From an uncultured Pseudomonadota bacterium (lineage in GTDB: Bacteria; Pseudomonadota; Alphaproteobacteria; Rs-D84): a DNA stretch of 49,694 nt. The notes below the pieces were generated by a model, which worked only from the letters and a program-made list of their open reading frames with translations, made no database searches and was not told the DNA's origin. The DNA is taken from NCBI GenBank assembly GCA_947306185.1, contig CAMZFU010000003.1:1-49694 (forward strand), given 5' to 3'. Position numbers and translations under genes: made by a program. Positions 17,524 through 26,055 of the stretch are shown piece by piece; position 1 is the first letter of the stretch; each line of letters opens with the position of its first letter.

Positions 17524-19689
17524 ATGTTATTTGGTTTGATTAAGAAAGATGAAAAAACTCATCTGAATAACCCGGTTGCGGTTGAAATAAAATATGGTGA
17601 TGAAACATTGCGTCTGGAAACGGGTCGTTTTGCGAAACAGGCGAACGGCGCAGTTATGGCGACAATGGGCGGAACAATGGTTTTGGCAACGGTTTGTGCC
17701 GAAAAGACCGCGGTCGAAGGACAAGATTTCTTTCCATTGACCGTTGATTACCAAGAAAAGTTTGCATCAGCCGGTCGTATTCCGGGTTCACGCGATCGTC
17801 GTGAAGGCAAGGCGTCAAACGGCGAAACACTGATTGCACGTTTGATTGATCGTCCAATTCGTCCACTTTTCCCAGAAACGTTCAAGAACAAAGTTCAGGT
17901 TATTGCCCAGGTGTTTTCATATGACCGTAAAAATCAGCCCGATATTTTGGCGATGATTGCCTCAAGCGCGGCATTAGCATTGTCTGGTGTTCCGTTCCAA
18001 GGGCCAATCGGGGCGGCACGTGTTGGTTATATTGATGGCAAATACGTTTTGAATCCGTCCAAGAAGGATTTGGAAAGTTCCGAAATGGATTTGGTCGTTG
18101 CGGCAACCAAAGACGGTGTGTTGATGGTTGAATCTGAAATTGGCGAATTAGATGAAGCAACCACATTGGGCGCGGTTAAATTCGGTTTCGATGAACAACA
18201 GACGGTTATTAACGCTATCAACGAATTGACAGAAAATGCCGGAAAAGAACGTTGGGCGATTCCAGAAAAGACTGCAGAATATATCGCAATGGAAGAAAAG
18301 TTTGAACAATTCGCTGGCGACATTGAATCTGCGTTGAGTATCAAAGAAAAATTAAACCGTTTGGAAACGTTGGCAAATATCCATGCATCTGCCAAGGCAT
18401 TGATTCCAGAAATGTTCCCAGAAACAACAGTTGCAACATCAACATTAGAATCATTTGCGGATGAAATTGTTGAAAATATTACTGCGCGTATTATGCGTTC
18501 TAACATTTTAGCAGGCAAACCACGTATCGATGGTCGGGATACAAAAACTGTTCGTCCAATTGAAATTGAATTGGGCGTATTGCCACGCGCGCATGGTTCC
18601 GCGTTGTTTACACGTGGCGAAACCCAGGCATTGGTGTCATTGACACTTGGTGGTGGCAAAGATGCGTTGCCAATTGAATCTTTGGATGGTACCGAAGATC
18701 GTGATTTCATCTTGAACTATAACTTCCCAGGGTTTTCAGTTGGCGAAGCCAAAGGGTTAAAGGCCCCGGGGCGTCGTGAAATTGGTCACGGAAACTTGGC
18801 GTGGCGTGCCGTTCACCCAATGGTACCAAGCCGCAGCGAATTTGATTATGTAATTCGTTTGTGTTCAGATATTTTGGAATCAAATGGTTCATCATCAATG
18901 GCAACCACATGCGGTGCGACATTGGCCATGATGGACGGTGGTGTTCCAATGAAACGTCCTGTTGCGGGTATTGCGATGGGATTAATCAAAGAAGGTGATG
19001 ACTACGCAATTTTGACCGATATTTTGGGCGACGAAGATCACCTTGGGGATATGGATTTCAAGGTGACCGGAACCGACCACGGTATTACCGCGCTTCAGAT
19101 GGATATTAAAATCACATCTATTACATTTGAAATCATGGAAAAGGCATTGGCACAGGCAAAAGATGGCCGTATGCACATCCTTGGCAAAATCACCAGCGCG
19201 ATTAAGAAACCACGTGATCATGTTTCTGAATTTGCGCCACAAATGTATACAATGAAAATTAATCCGGACAAGGTTCGTGATGTCATTGGTAAGGGTGGTG
19301 TCGTTATTCAGGCATTGACCCGCGATACAAACACAACAATCGATTTGGAAGACGATGGTACCGTCAAGATTATGGCGGTAACACGTGAAGATGCTGATGC
19401 GGCAATCGCGCGTATCAAAGAAATTGTTGCCGAACCCGAAGTTGGCGAAATCTATGCTGGGGTTGTTTCCGGAATGAAAGATTTCGGTTTGTTCGTCAAG
19501 ATTTTGAATGGGTTTGAAGCGATGGTTCATATTTCTGAAATCACCGGTAAACGTCTTGAGAAAATTGAAGATGCAGGATTCAAAGAGGGTGATGCGGTAT
19601 ATGTAAGATACCTTGGCGCGGATAAGCGTGGTAAAACACGTATGTCCATGGTTGGTATCGACCAAAAAACCGGAAAAGAAGTGAAATAA
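17524..19689 (+). CDS. pnp: Polyribonucleotide nucleotidyltransferase (PNPase)
   Basis: FFPLTVDYQEK, ARLIDRPIRPLFP, RIDGR, HGSALFTRGETQ, ESNGSSSMA, GDMDFKV, KH and S1 domains. Confidence 0.98.
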   Translation: MLFGLIKKDEKTHLNNPVAVEIKYGDETLRLETGRFAKQANGAVMATMGGTMVLATVCAEKTAVEGQDFFPLTVDYQEKFASAGRIPGSRDRREGKASNGETLIARLIDRPIRPLFPETFKNKVQVIAQVFSYDRKNQPDILAMIASSAALALSGVPFQGPIGAARVGYIDGKYVLNPSKKDLESSEMDLVVAATKDGVLMVESEIGELDEATTLGAVKFGFDEQQTVINAINELTENAGKERWAIPEKTAEYIAMEEKFEQFAGDIESALSIKEKLNRLETLANIHASAKALIPEMFPETTVATSTLESFADEIVENITARIMRSNILAGKPRIDGRDTKTVRPIEIELGVLPRAHGSALFTRGETQALVSLTLGGGKDALPIESLDGTEDRDFILNYNFPGFSVGEAKGLKAPGRREIGHGNLAWRAVHPMVPSRSEFDYVIRLCSDILESNGSSSMATTCGATLAMMDGGVPMKRPVAGIAMGLIKEGDDYAILTDILGDEDHLGDMDFKVTGTDHGITALQMDIKITSITFEIMEKALAQAKDGRMHILGKITSAIKKPRDHVSEFAPQMYTMKINPDKVRDVIGKGGVVIQALTRDTNTTIDLEDDGTVKIMAVTREDADAAIARIKEIVAEPEVGEIYAGVVSGMKDFGLFVKILNGFEAMVHISEITGKRLEKIEDAGFKEGDAVYVRYLGADKRGKTRMSMVGIDQKTGKEVK

Positions 19690-19692
19690 AAA

Positions 19693-19719
19693 ATATCCGG
19701 TCATTTGGCCGGATGTTTT
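19693..19719 (+). terminator. Intrinsic terminator after pnp
   Basis: ATATCCGGTC ATTT GGCCGGATGT TTT. Confidence 0.7.
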
Positions 19720-19742
19720 ATGAAACAAAAAAGGATGAAAAT

Positions 19743-20042
19743 ATGGATATGGAAAGTTTGATGGCCCAGGCATCTGAATTGCAGTCCAAGGTTGCCGCCG
19801 CCCAAGACAAATTGGCGGGTATGCGTGTCAAAGGGATTGCAACGGGTGGAACATGTATTATTGATATGACGGGTAAATATGACATTGTATCGGTGACAAT
19901 CAACCCATCTATGATGGACAAGGGCGTATCTGCAATCGAAGAAGCGGTTCTTGCCGCGATGCGCGATGCCAAGGGCAAAGCAGACAAGTTGATTGACGAT
20001 GTTATGGCCGAAGCAACCGCTGGTATGCCATTACCAAATTAA
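19743..20042 (+). CDS. ybaB: YbaB/EbfC nucleoid-associated protein (start at MDMESL)
   Basis: AQA.ELQ..V..AQ.KL....V.G.A.GG...I.MTG......I.P......LE.AV.AA..DA. Confidence 0.88.
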   Translation: MDMESLMAQASELQSKVAAAQDKLAGMRVKGIATGGTCIIDMTGKYDIVSVTINPSMMDKGVSAIEEAVLAAMRDAKGKADKLIDDVMAEATAGMPLPN

Positions 20043-20092
20043 AAAAAACTGGACAATGATAAAAATATAATTTATTATTGCCCGTGCGTTTT

Positions 20093-20169
20093 GGATGTTT
20101 AGCTCAGTTGGCTAGAGCATCTGCTTTACACGCAGAGGGTCAGGGGTTCGAGTCCCTTAACATCCACCA
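20093..20169 (+). tRNA. tRNA-Val (TAC)
   Basis: GGATGTTTAGCTCAGTTGGCTAGAGCATCTGCTTTACACGCAGAGGGTCAGGGGTTCGAGTCCCTTAACATCCACCA; 77 nt. Confidence 0.97.
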
Positions 20170-20330
20170 CAAAACAAAAACACACCATCGGGTGTGTTTT
20201 TATTTTATAAAATTGGTATAGGGACGAGAACCCCGGGTTCGACACGATAGTTGGTACACACAAATGTAATGCAGTGTGTGCCTTACGTGTGGTGAGCAAA
20301 GCGAACAATCCCTTAACATCCACCACAAAA
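20153..20330 (+). repeat. 22-bp direct repeat of the tRNA-Val 3' end flanking a structured 134-bp spacer
   Basis: TCCCTTAACATCCACCACAAAA at 20153-20174 and 20309-20330, each followed by its own terminator hairpin (20176-20201, 20334-20353). Confidence 0.9.
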
Positions 20331-20370
20331 TACAAACCGCCGTTTGGCGGTTTTGATTTTAGAAAATAAA

Positions 20371-21441
20371 TTATCTATTTTTGGGTTTGATTCCGTATGC
20401 AATGCCAATTTCGGCATGCGGTGCCCATTTATCATAGTGTTCATACAATGGGCTTTCTGGATTGGTTAGATACAGCGGATTATGTTTTGTCGCACCTATT
20501 GACCCGTACGCCCCCGTTTTTTTGTGAAAAACGGATACATTTGCACCGGCAATACCATCATCTTGTTCTTTGAATGCATTTATCGCGATGGATACTTGGT
20601 CACCACTAAATGTATGGCAATATGTCATATGTAATGCGCCCCGCACCCCAAGGTTGATTGCCTGTAATAAAATGGCATCATGCGGTGTTGGCATACATAT
20701 TAGTTGCAGATTACCGAATGTTTCTTTGTTATTAGTTGCCATAACCCCACCAAATTGGATGTTTTCCCCTATGCGTTCTTGGACGACCAATACGACATAT
20801 CCATTCCCCGTAAATTGAAAACCGGGTGTGTTTTCCATATAGCCCAATGAAACGGTATGTTCGTCATTTTCGTATGTGCCGATTACCGCGCGCGGAAAAT
20901 AATATCCCGAATTCATATACAGGGCATTTATAAAGAACGTACTAATTGGCATGCTTTTTGCAAATTTAGCAGAATAGTTTAATGGCGAGAAATTTCCAAC
21001 CTTTACATTAAAATTACCGACACTGGTTCGCAAATCCATGGTCATATACATATCGTGTGTTAAATGTGTCATGGATGTCGTGGTGTAATTTTGTATCATT
21101 TGTGTTGTGGTAAGGCCAACGGTGAACTTGTCATAGAAACGTACAAACGGACTAACCACCACCAATGGGGCAAATACGGTGCGAACATTATTAGTGGTCG
21201 CATGTGTGAAAGATTGCAATTCAACATACAATACATCTTGGGGGTGCCCAAATTTGACCGCCGGATTTTTCGGTTTTGGTTTTGGGGTCAAACTAATTGG
21301 ATTTTGGTGTGTCAAAGTGTTTCTAATAGGAACAGAATCATTTTGCGATTGACCAATTGCACGCCCACCTAAAAACAAAGATATCAAACACGCAACAAGA
21401 TATTTTTTATTTGCAATTAAAAATTGATAATTTCTATTCAT
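20371..21441 (-). CDS. Exported beta-strand-rich hypothetical protein, possible outer-membrane barrel (start at MNRNYQ)
   Basis: Signal-peptide-like KKYLVACLISLFLGGRAIG|Q, alternating polar/hydrophobic strands, C-terminal AEIGIAY. Confidence 0.55.
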   Translation of the reverse strand: MNRNYQFLIANKKYLVACLISLFLGGRAIGQSQNDSVPIRNTLTHQNPISLTPKPKPKNPAVKFGHPQDVLYVELQSFTHATTNNVRTVFAPLVVVSPFVRFYDKFTVGLTTTQMIQNYTTTSMTHLTHDMYMTMDLRTSVGNFNVKVGNFSPLNYSAKFAKSMPISTFFINALYMNSGYYFPRAVIGTYENDEHTVSLGYMENTPGFQFTGNGYVVLVVQERIGENIQFGGVMATNNKETFGNLQLICMPTPHDAILLQAINLGVRGALHMTYCHTFSGDQVSIAINAFKEQDDGIAGANVSVFHKKTGAYGSIGATKHNPLYLTNPESPLYEHYDKWAPHAEIGIAYGIKPKNR

Positions 21442-21588
21442 AGTGCATAGAACATAATACACATAATTTAGTTTGTCAAACATAAGTATAAAATTTTGCA
21501 CAAAAATTATTGTGTTTTTGTGTTTGTAACTGGTCAATATTTATGATATAATCATATAGACAAAGAATAAAACAAAGGAAGGGAGATT

Positions 21589-23283
21589 ATGAAAATAATG
21601 CATAAATCTTTGATTGGTGCGATGGTCGGATTGGTTTTGGCGAACGGCGCGATGGCGGCGGAATGTAACATTGTATCAGATCGCGATCCATTGTCCGGTG
21701 CATTGAAATTTATTGGTGGGGGCCTTGGGTTGGCAACATCTGTGATAGCTGCACCGTTTGCGGGATTGATTGCTGGACCACTTGGTATTACCGCGGTAAG
21801 CATTGGTGGTATATATTTGGGGGCCAAAGTTGGTGCCAAGGTTTATGCCAAGGATGATTATATTTGTTTTGATTCTGATGGTAAAAAATGCCTGCAGTGT
21901 GATATTCACCAAATTGGTAAGCCGTATGAATGTAATGACGGCAAGGTCGTTTTAGCACCGGGTATTGCCAAACGTTGCCATACCAGAGTTATTGGTAAAG
22001 ATGCTTGGAAAGATTTCAAGGTTCCAATGTGTAGTGGGTCCAAGGCACTAACTGGCGACCCAGGTAGTGTAGAGATTATTGTAAATTCCAGATTGAAAAA
22101 GAATTTGGCTTCTTCTGGTGTTACAGGGGCATTTGTTGTTGAAGACGATGTATGCTATACATACAAGTGCGCCGATGGTTATAGCGAAAAAGGCGGAAAA
22201 TGTGTCAAAAAGGGTGGGCCAGGCCCAAATCCAAGCGATTGTGAAAAGGCCGGTGGTAAGTTGGTAAATGGCCAATGCCAATGCCCAGAGGGTCAATTGC
22301 TTGATACGAGACTTCAGAAGTGCGTAAAAGCAACAGAATGCCCAAATTGTCAAGGTAATATATTTATATTTGCGGATAATGGTAGTGTCATTGTAATAGG
22401 TAACAATAACAATGTAAACAATGGTGGTAACCACAATACCTATAACGGTGGTGGCAGTAGCAGTTTGCAATCTTGTTTGGCGTCCCGTGCAACCCAAAAT
22501 GGTAAGGCATGTTGTTACCTGCCAAAGACAGGTATAAATGGGGCAACGTATAATGCACAAAACGATGCTTGTACGTGCAACGACCCAAGCAAGAAATTCT
22601 CGGTTAGAACCGATGGACAAGGTCAATGTCTTGGGGGCAATGGTCCGGTACCACCAAATCCAAAACATTGTCCACAGTACATGTATCCTGATGTGAACGG
22701 TGTTTGTCAATGTTCCAAAGAAAATCAGACACCAATTAACAATAATACCGCATGCAAATGCGCGGTACCGAATGCAACAAATGATGCAAACGGTGATTGT
22801 AAATGTAATGAAGCGGGCAAAGTTATTATTGATGGGCAATGTGTAACACCGGGTGTGCAATGCGATCCAGTAACACAAACCAAGGTTGGTGATAAATGTG
22901 AATGTATTGCAACAGATGCATACATTGAGAATGGTGTCTGTAAATGCAAGAACAAAGATATGGTGTTGAAAGATAACAAATGCGTTATGGACGAAAGCAA
23001 GATTGACGAAATTCGTGGTAGAATATCTGCGACATTCAGCCGTTTAAGTTCCACAATGGGTGGTTTTGAAAGGAATGTTTGGAAAAATGCCGAAGGTGAA
23101 TTTAATACCGCACGTTTGGCATCAGATAGTATCGCGGGTGTCGTTCTTGGTACGGCCGGTGGTATTATCACATCCAAATTGGTGAAAAAGAACCAATTGA
23201 AGACAGGTTTCGAAGACATCAAATGTTCAATTGGTGGTCAAACCGTTGCAAGTTATGGCGATACGTTTAGTGTTGGTATGTAA
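21589..23283 (+). CDS. Secreted cysteine-rich protein with Gly-zipper-like segments and CxC repeats
   Basis: SD AAGGAAGGGAG, signal peptide ending AMA|AEC, 37 Cys by manual count, seven CxC motifs. Confidence 0.85.
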   Translation: MKIMHKSLIGAMVGLVLANGAMAAECNIVSDRDPLSGALKFIGGGLGLATSVIAAPFAGLIAGPLGITAVSIGGIYLGAKVGAKVYAKDDYICFDSDGKKCLQCDIHQIGKPYECNDGKVVLAPGIAKRCHTRVIGKDAWKDFKVPMCSGSKALTGDPGSVEIIVNSRLKKNLASSGVTGAFVVEDDVCYTYKCADGYSEKGGKCVKKGGPGPNPSDCEKAGGKLVNGQCQCPEGQLLDTRLQKCVKATECPNCQGNIFIFADNGSVIVIGNNNNVNNGGNHNTYNGGGSSSLQSCLASRATQNGKACCYLPKTGINGATYNAQNDACTCNDPSKKFSVRTDGQGQCLGGNGPVPPNPKHCPQYMYPDVNGVCQCSKENQTPINNNTACKCAVPNATNDANGDCKCNEAGKVIIDGQCVTPGVQCDPVTQTKVGDKCECIATDAYIENGVCKCKNKDMVLKDNKCVMDESKIDEIRGRISATFSRLSSTMGGFERNVWKNAEGEFNTARLASDSIAGVVLGTAGGIITSKLVKKNQLKTGFEDIKCSIGGQTVASYGDTFSVGM

Positions 23284-23301
23284 TCATACGGTTAGCAAAT
23301 T

Positions 23302-23327
23302 AAAACGGGTGCATATGCGCCCGTTTT
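23302..23327. terminator. Bidirectional intrinsic terminator
   Basis: AAAACGGGTGC ATAT GCGCCCGTTTTT. Confidence 0.75.
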
Positions 23328-23362
23328 TCTTTTCCCCCATTGGTCATAACAAATTATCGAAA

Positions 23363-24115
23363 CTAATGTGAACGACGGTGGCCGTAATACCACGAATGTG
23401 CGGTATGTATATATTGTGCGGCACGTTCAATATCAAATTGCCCGGTTTTGGGATTACGTAATTGTTCTTCGGCGTCAATCCATGTAATATAATTGTATGG
23501 CAACACCAAATTGATTTTTTCAAGTTCTTGGGCGATATTATCCGGCCCCAGGCCCCCACTGTATCCCGTTTTATGATTTTGCATAATCGGACCACGATAT
23601 TTCTTGGATATAATTCCACGGCCACAGGACGAATCATAAAGCAATGAAAATGGTGCCCCTGTTGCGTTTAGTGGACGAATACGATTATGCTGTCTTGGTG
23701 CATATTGGAATATGAATTCTATATCAGGATATGCATTGATAATATCCGCAACCCGTTTGGAATAGCAATGATAATTCTGGTCGCCACCATTTAGGTTTAT
23801 TTGAACCCGTCCAATAACAGGTTTGCCATTATAACGTTTGATTTCTAGAAAATTATTAACTTCTTCGGGAATTTTGCCCTGGCACATCATAGTACGCCAA
23901 TCTGCATTTATATGCATGGCCAAATTGACATCATTAACCGTGCATTCATTGGCCAATGTCCAAAACCAGTCATATCGTGGCATATGTGCCGAAAACTTTG
24001 TTGGATGTGCCTGAATTGCAAATTCTGATTGGGGCCAACGTTTGCCTAAATCGATAATATCACCGACAACGTTATATTCACGCATATCACTGCATGTTAT
24101 TTTTTCCAGTATCAT
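23363..24115 (-). CDS. TrpF (PRAI)-like TIM-barrel protein, function unknown (start at MILEKITCS)
   Basis: AAAGGAG SD; LLYDSSCGRG, GYSGGLGPDNI and WIDAE resemble the PRAI LLD..GG.G / LAGGL.P.NV / GVD motifs. Confidence 0.6.
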   Translation of the reverse strand: MILEKITCSDMREYNVVGDIIDLGKRWPQSEFAIQAHPTKFSAHMPRYDWFWTLANECTVNDVNLAMHINADWRTMMCQGKIPEEVNNFLEIKRYNGKPVIGRVQINLNGGDQNYHCYSKRVADIINAYPDIEFIFQYAPRQHNRIRPLNATGAPFSLLYDSSCGRGIISKKYRGPIMQNHKTGYSGGLGPDNIAQELEKINLVLPYNYITWIDAEEQLRNPKTGQFDIERAAQYIHTAHSWYYGHRRSH

Positions 24116-25229
24116 CAATTGCTCCTTTGCTGGACATTCTCGCCTGGCCACTAATTCTTAATTGTCCGCATGCGGAACCGATATCGGTGCCACGTTCACG
24201 CCGTATGCGTGTGTGTACCCCGTTTTTGATAAGTATATCTTGAAATCTATGAACCGCATTGCCTGATGGTGACGTGAATTCGCGTTCGGCCACCGCATTC
24301 CATGGAATAAGGTTCACCATACAATTTTTTCCGCGTACAATTTCTACCAATTGTTCGGCACAATCCTGGGTGGCATTCAACAGATTGCCATCCTTATCGC
24401 CCAACAATATGTATTCTATCATCAATTGGCGGTTGTGAGCGTCGGTAAATCGCCACGCGGCGTCCATTATATCCGAAATGGAATACTTGTTTGCTATGGG
24501 CATTATTTTGCGCCGCAGGGCATCATTAGGTGCGTGTAAAGATATGGCCAGGTTGATTGGTCGTCCCCATTCAATAAGTTTATCTATGCCCGGCACAATG
24601 CCACACGTGGACACCGTAATACGGCGCCACCCGATTCCCATATCACGATTGGCACGTTCAATGAATCCAATGACGTTTTCGGTGTTCTGTAACGGTTCGC
24701 CCGTACCCATAACAACGATATGTGAAACATCGTTATTGTTTGCATCGCCATTTGGACGAATTGGTTTGTCTGATAACCGATCAGCACGCAATTCCCATTG
24801 GGCGACAAGTATTTGTGCAAAAATCTCGTTTATTGTTGTTAGATTACGTTTAAGCCCCAATAAAGTGCTGGCACAGAATTTACACCCCATTGCGCATCCG
24901 GCCTGGGAACTAACACATACACTATTACCGTAACTGGTTCGCATTAAAACACATTCAATACGTTCGCCATCATTAAGTTCCAACAAGAATTTTACCGTTT
25001 GTCCGTCGGTTGAAGACAATTTTTTAACGACACGGCATGGTAAAGTTTGGGCATTCGTCTCCAAATCATTACGCAACTTTTCCGGAATATTCTTCATAAC
25101 CGAAAAATCAGGGGCCCCGCGTGACATCCATTCAGAAATCTGTTTAGCGCGAAAACGCGGTTGACCCATTTGGGTTACAAAATCCGCTAATTCGGCATCA
25201 GTTAAATCAAAAAGAATTGTTTTGCTCAT
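24087..25229 (-). CDS. rlmN: Dual-specificity RNA methyltransferase RlmN
   Basis: CVSSQAGCAMGCKFCAS, VMGTGEPL, LAISLHA, VNLIPWN, RGTDIGSACGQL. Confidence 0.96.
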   Translation of the reverse strand: MSKTILFDLTDAELADFVTQMGQPRFRAKQISEWMSRGAPDFSVMKNIPEKLRNDLETNAQTLPCRVVKKLSSTDGQTVKFLLELNDGERIECVLMRTSYGNSVCVSSQAGCAMGCKFCASTLLGLKRNLTTINEIFAQILVAQWELRADRLSDKPIRPNGDANNNDVSHIVVMGTGEPLQNTENVIGFIERANRDMGIGWRRITVSTCGIVPGIDKLIEWGRPINLAISLHAPNDALRRKIMPIANKYSISDIMDAAWRFTDAHNRQLMIEYILLGDKDGNLLNATQDCAEQLVEIVRGKNCMVNLIPWNAVAEREFTSPSGNAVHRFQDILIKNGVHTRIRRERGTDIGSACGQLRISGQARMSSKGAIDDTGKNNMQ

Positions 25230-26044
25230 AATTTGTATCTGCTGTCGTTAATAATGACAACGGCCTTGCGGCGCAGTTGTTTTAATTGTTGGTCGGCGAT
25301 AAAGGACGCCTGTCTGTACATTGCATTTTGTTTTATCATATCGTCCAATTTGCCGTATTCTTTTGTCTTTTTTGTACTGCATACCAAGAATATAGAATCG
25401 TCCGCTGGTTTGGACCAGGTTAATAATGGCACCCCCGCGACTTTTTCACGAATTTCTGGTGCCAATTCATATTGGACCGCAGTGAATTTCTGTGGCGCAC
25501 CGCCAAGTTTTTCTGCCATATTTACGGCATCATCGCAATTTTTGGGTTTGGTCAGTTTTTTTGCAACATCATCTGGTACATCAAACAAGCGGACCAAGGT
25601 CATCTCTATTGGCAGGCCGTGTTCGCGTTCAATGGCAATTTTTTCCGCGGATATATCTTCCTTGCTAACTTCTATGGTGGGCATTATTGTCCGGGCAATT
25701 ATAACCTGCCATGCGATATTTGCGCGCGTTGCCGAAATCGCCATACTAAGTTCTGATGCACTTAAATCCCCAAGGTTCATACGTTTCAATTCGGTGATAG
25801 CATCTTTTTCGGAAGGAACCGCATTAAAATTGGCGGCATATTTCATTTTTACACTATCATCGATAATATTCTGTAGCGCCTGACGCCGGTTATCCGTAGA
25901 TGTGTTACCCTGGCGTGCCATAAGTTTTGTACGGGCGGTTATGTCTGTATCGGTAATCGGTTTACCGTCAACCGTTGCAACAACCGTTGCCGCACGCGCA
26001 TTTAACGCAAAAAACATTGTCATAAATACTAATAGTTTGCTCAT
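25226..26044 (-). CDS. surA: SurA-like periplasmic chaperone (start at MSKLLV)
   Basis: Signal peptide, VVATVDGKPIT..DI, QLKQLRRKAVV; position right after lptD. Confidence 0.75.
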   Translation of the reverse strand: MSKLLVFMTMFFALNARAATVVATVDGKPITDTDITARTKLMARQGNTSTDNRRQALQNIIDDSVKMKYAANFNAVPSEKDAITELKRMNLGDLSASELSMAISATRANIAWQVIIARTIMPTIEVSKEDISAEKIAIEREHGLPIEMTLVRLFDVPDDVAKKLTKPKNCDDAVNMAEKLGGAPQKFTAVQYELAPEIREKVAGVPLLTWSKPADDSIFLVCSTKKTKEYGKLDDMIKQNAMYRQASFIADQQLKQLRRKAVVIINDSRYKL

Positions 26045-26055
26045 ACATTCTCCTT

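Noticed and set aside
18027-18710. Long antisense ORFs (also 22048-22878, 30604-31185, 32206-32697, 44103-44747)
   Set aside because: Shadows of well-supported genes on the opposite strand, with no motifs or ribosome-binding sites.
19713-19727. TGTTTTATGAAACA parS-like half match
   Set aside because: Two bases short of parS spacing and overlaps the pnp terminator tail.
20153-20330. CRISPR array
   Set aside because: Only two repeats, identical to the tRNA 3' end, and no cas genes.
23344-23637. 97-aa ORF overlapping the TrpF-like gene on the same strand
   Set aside because: The main frame carries the recognisable motifs to its own stop, so no frameshift is needed.
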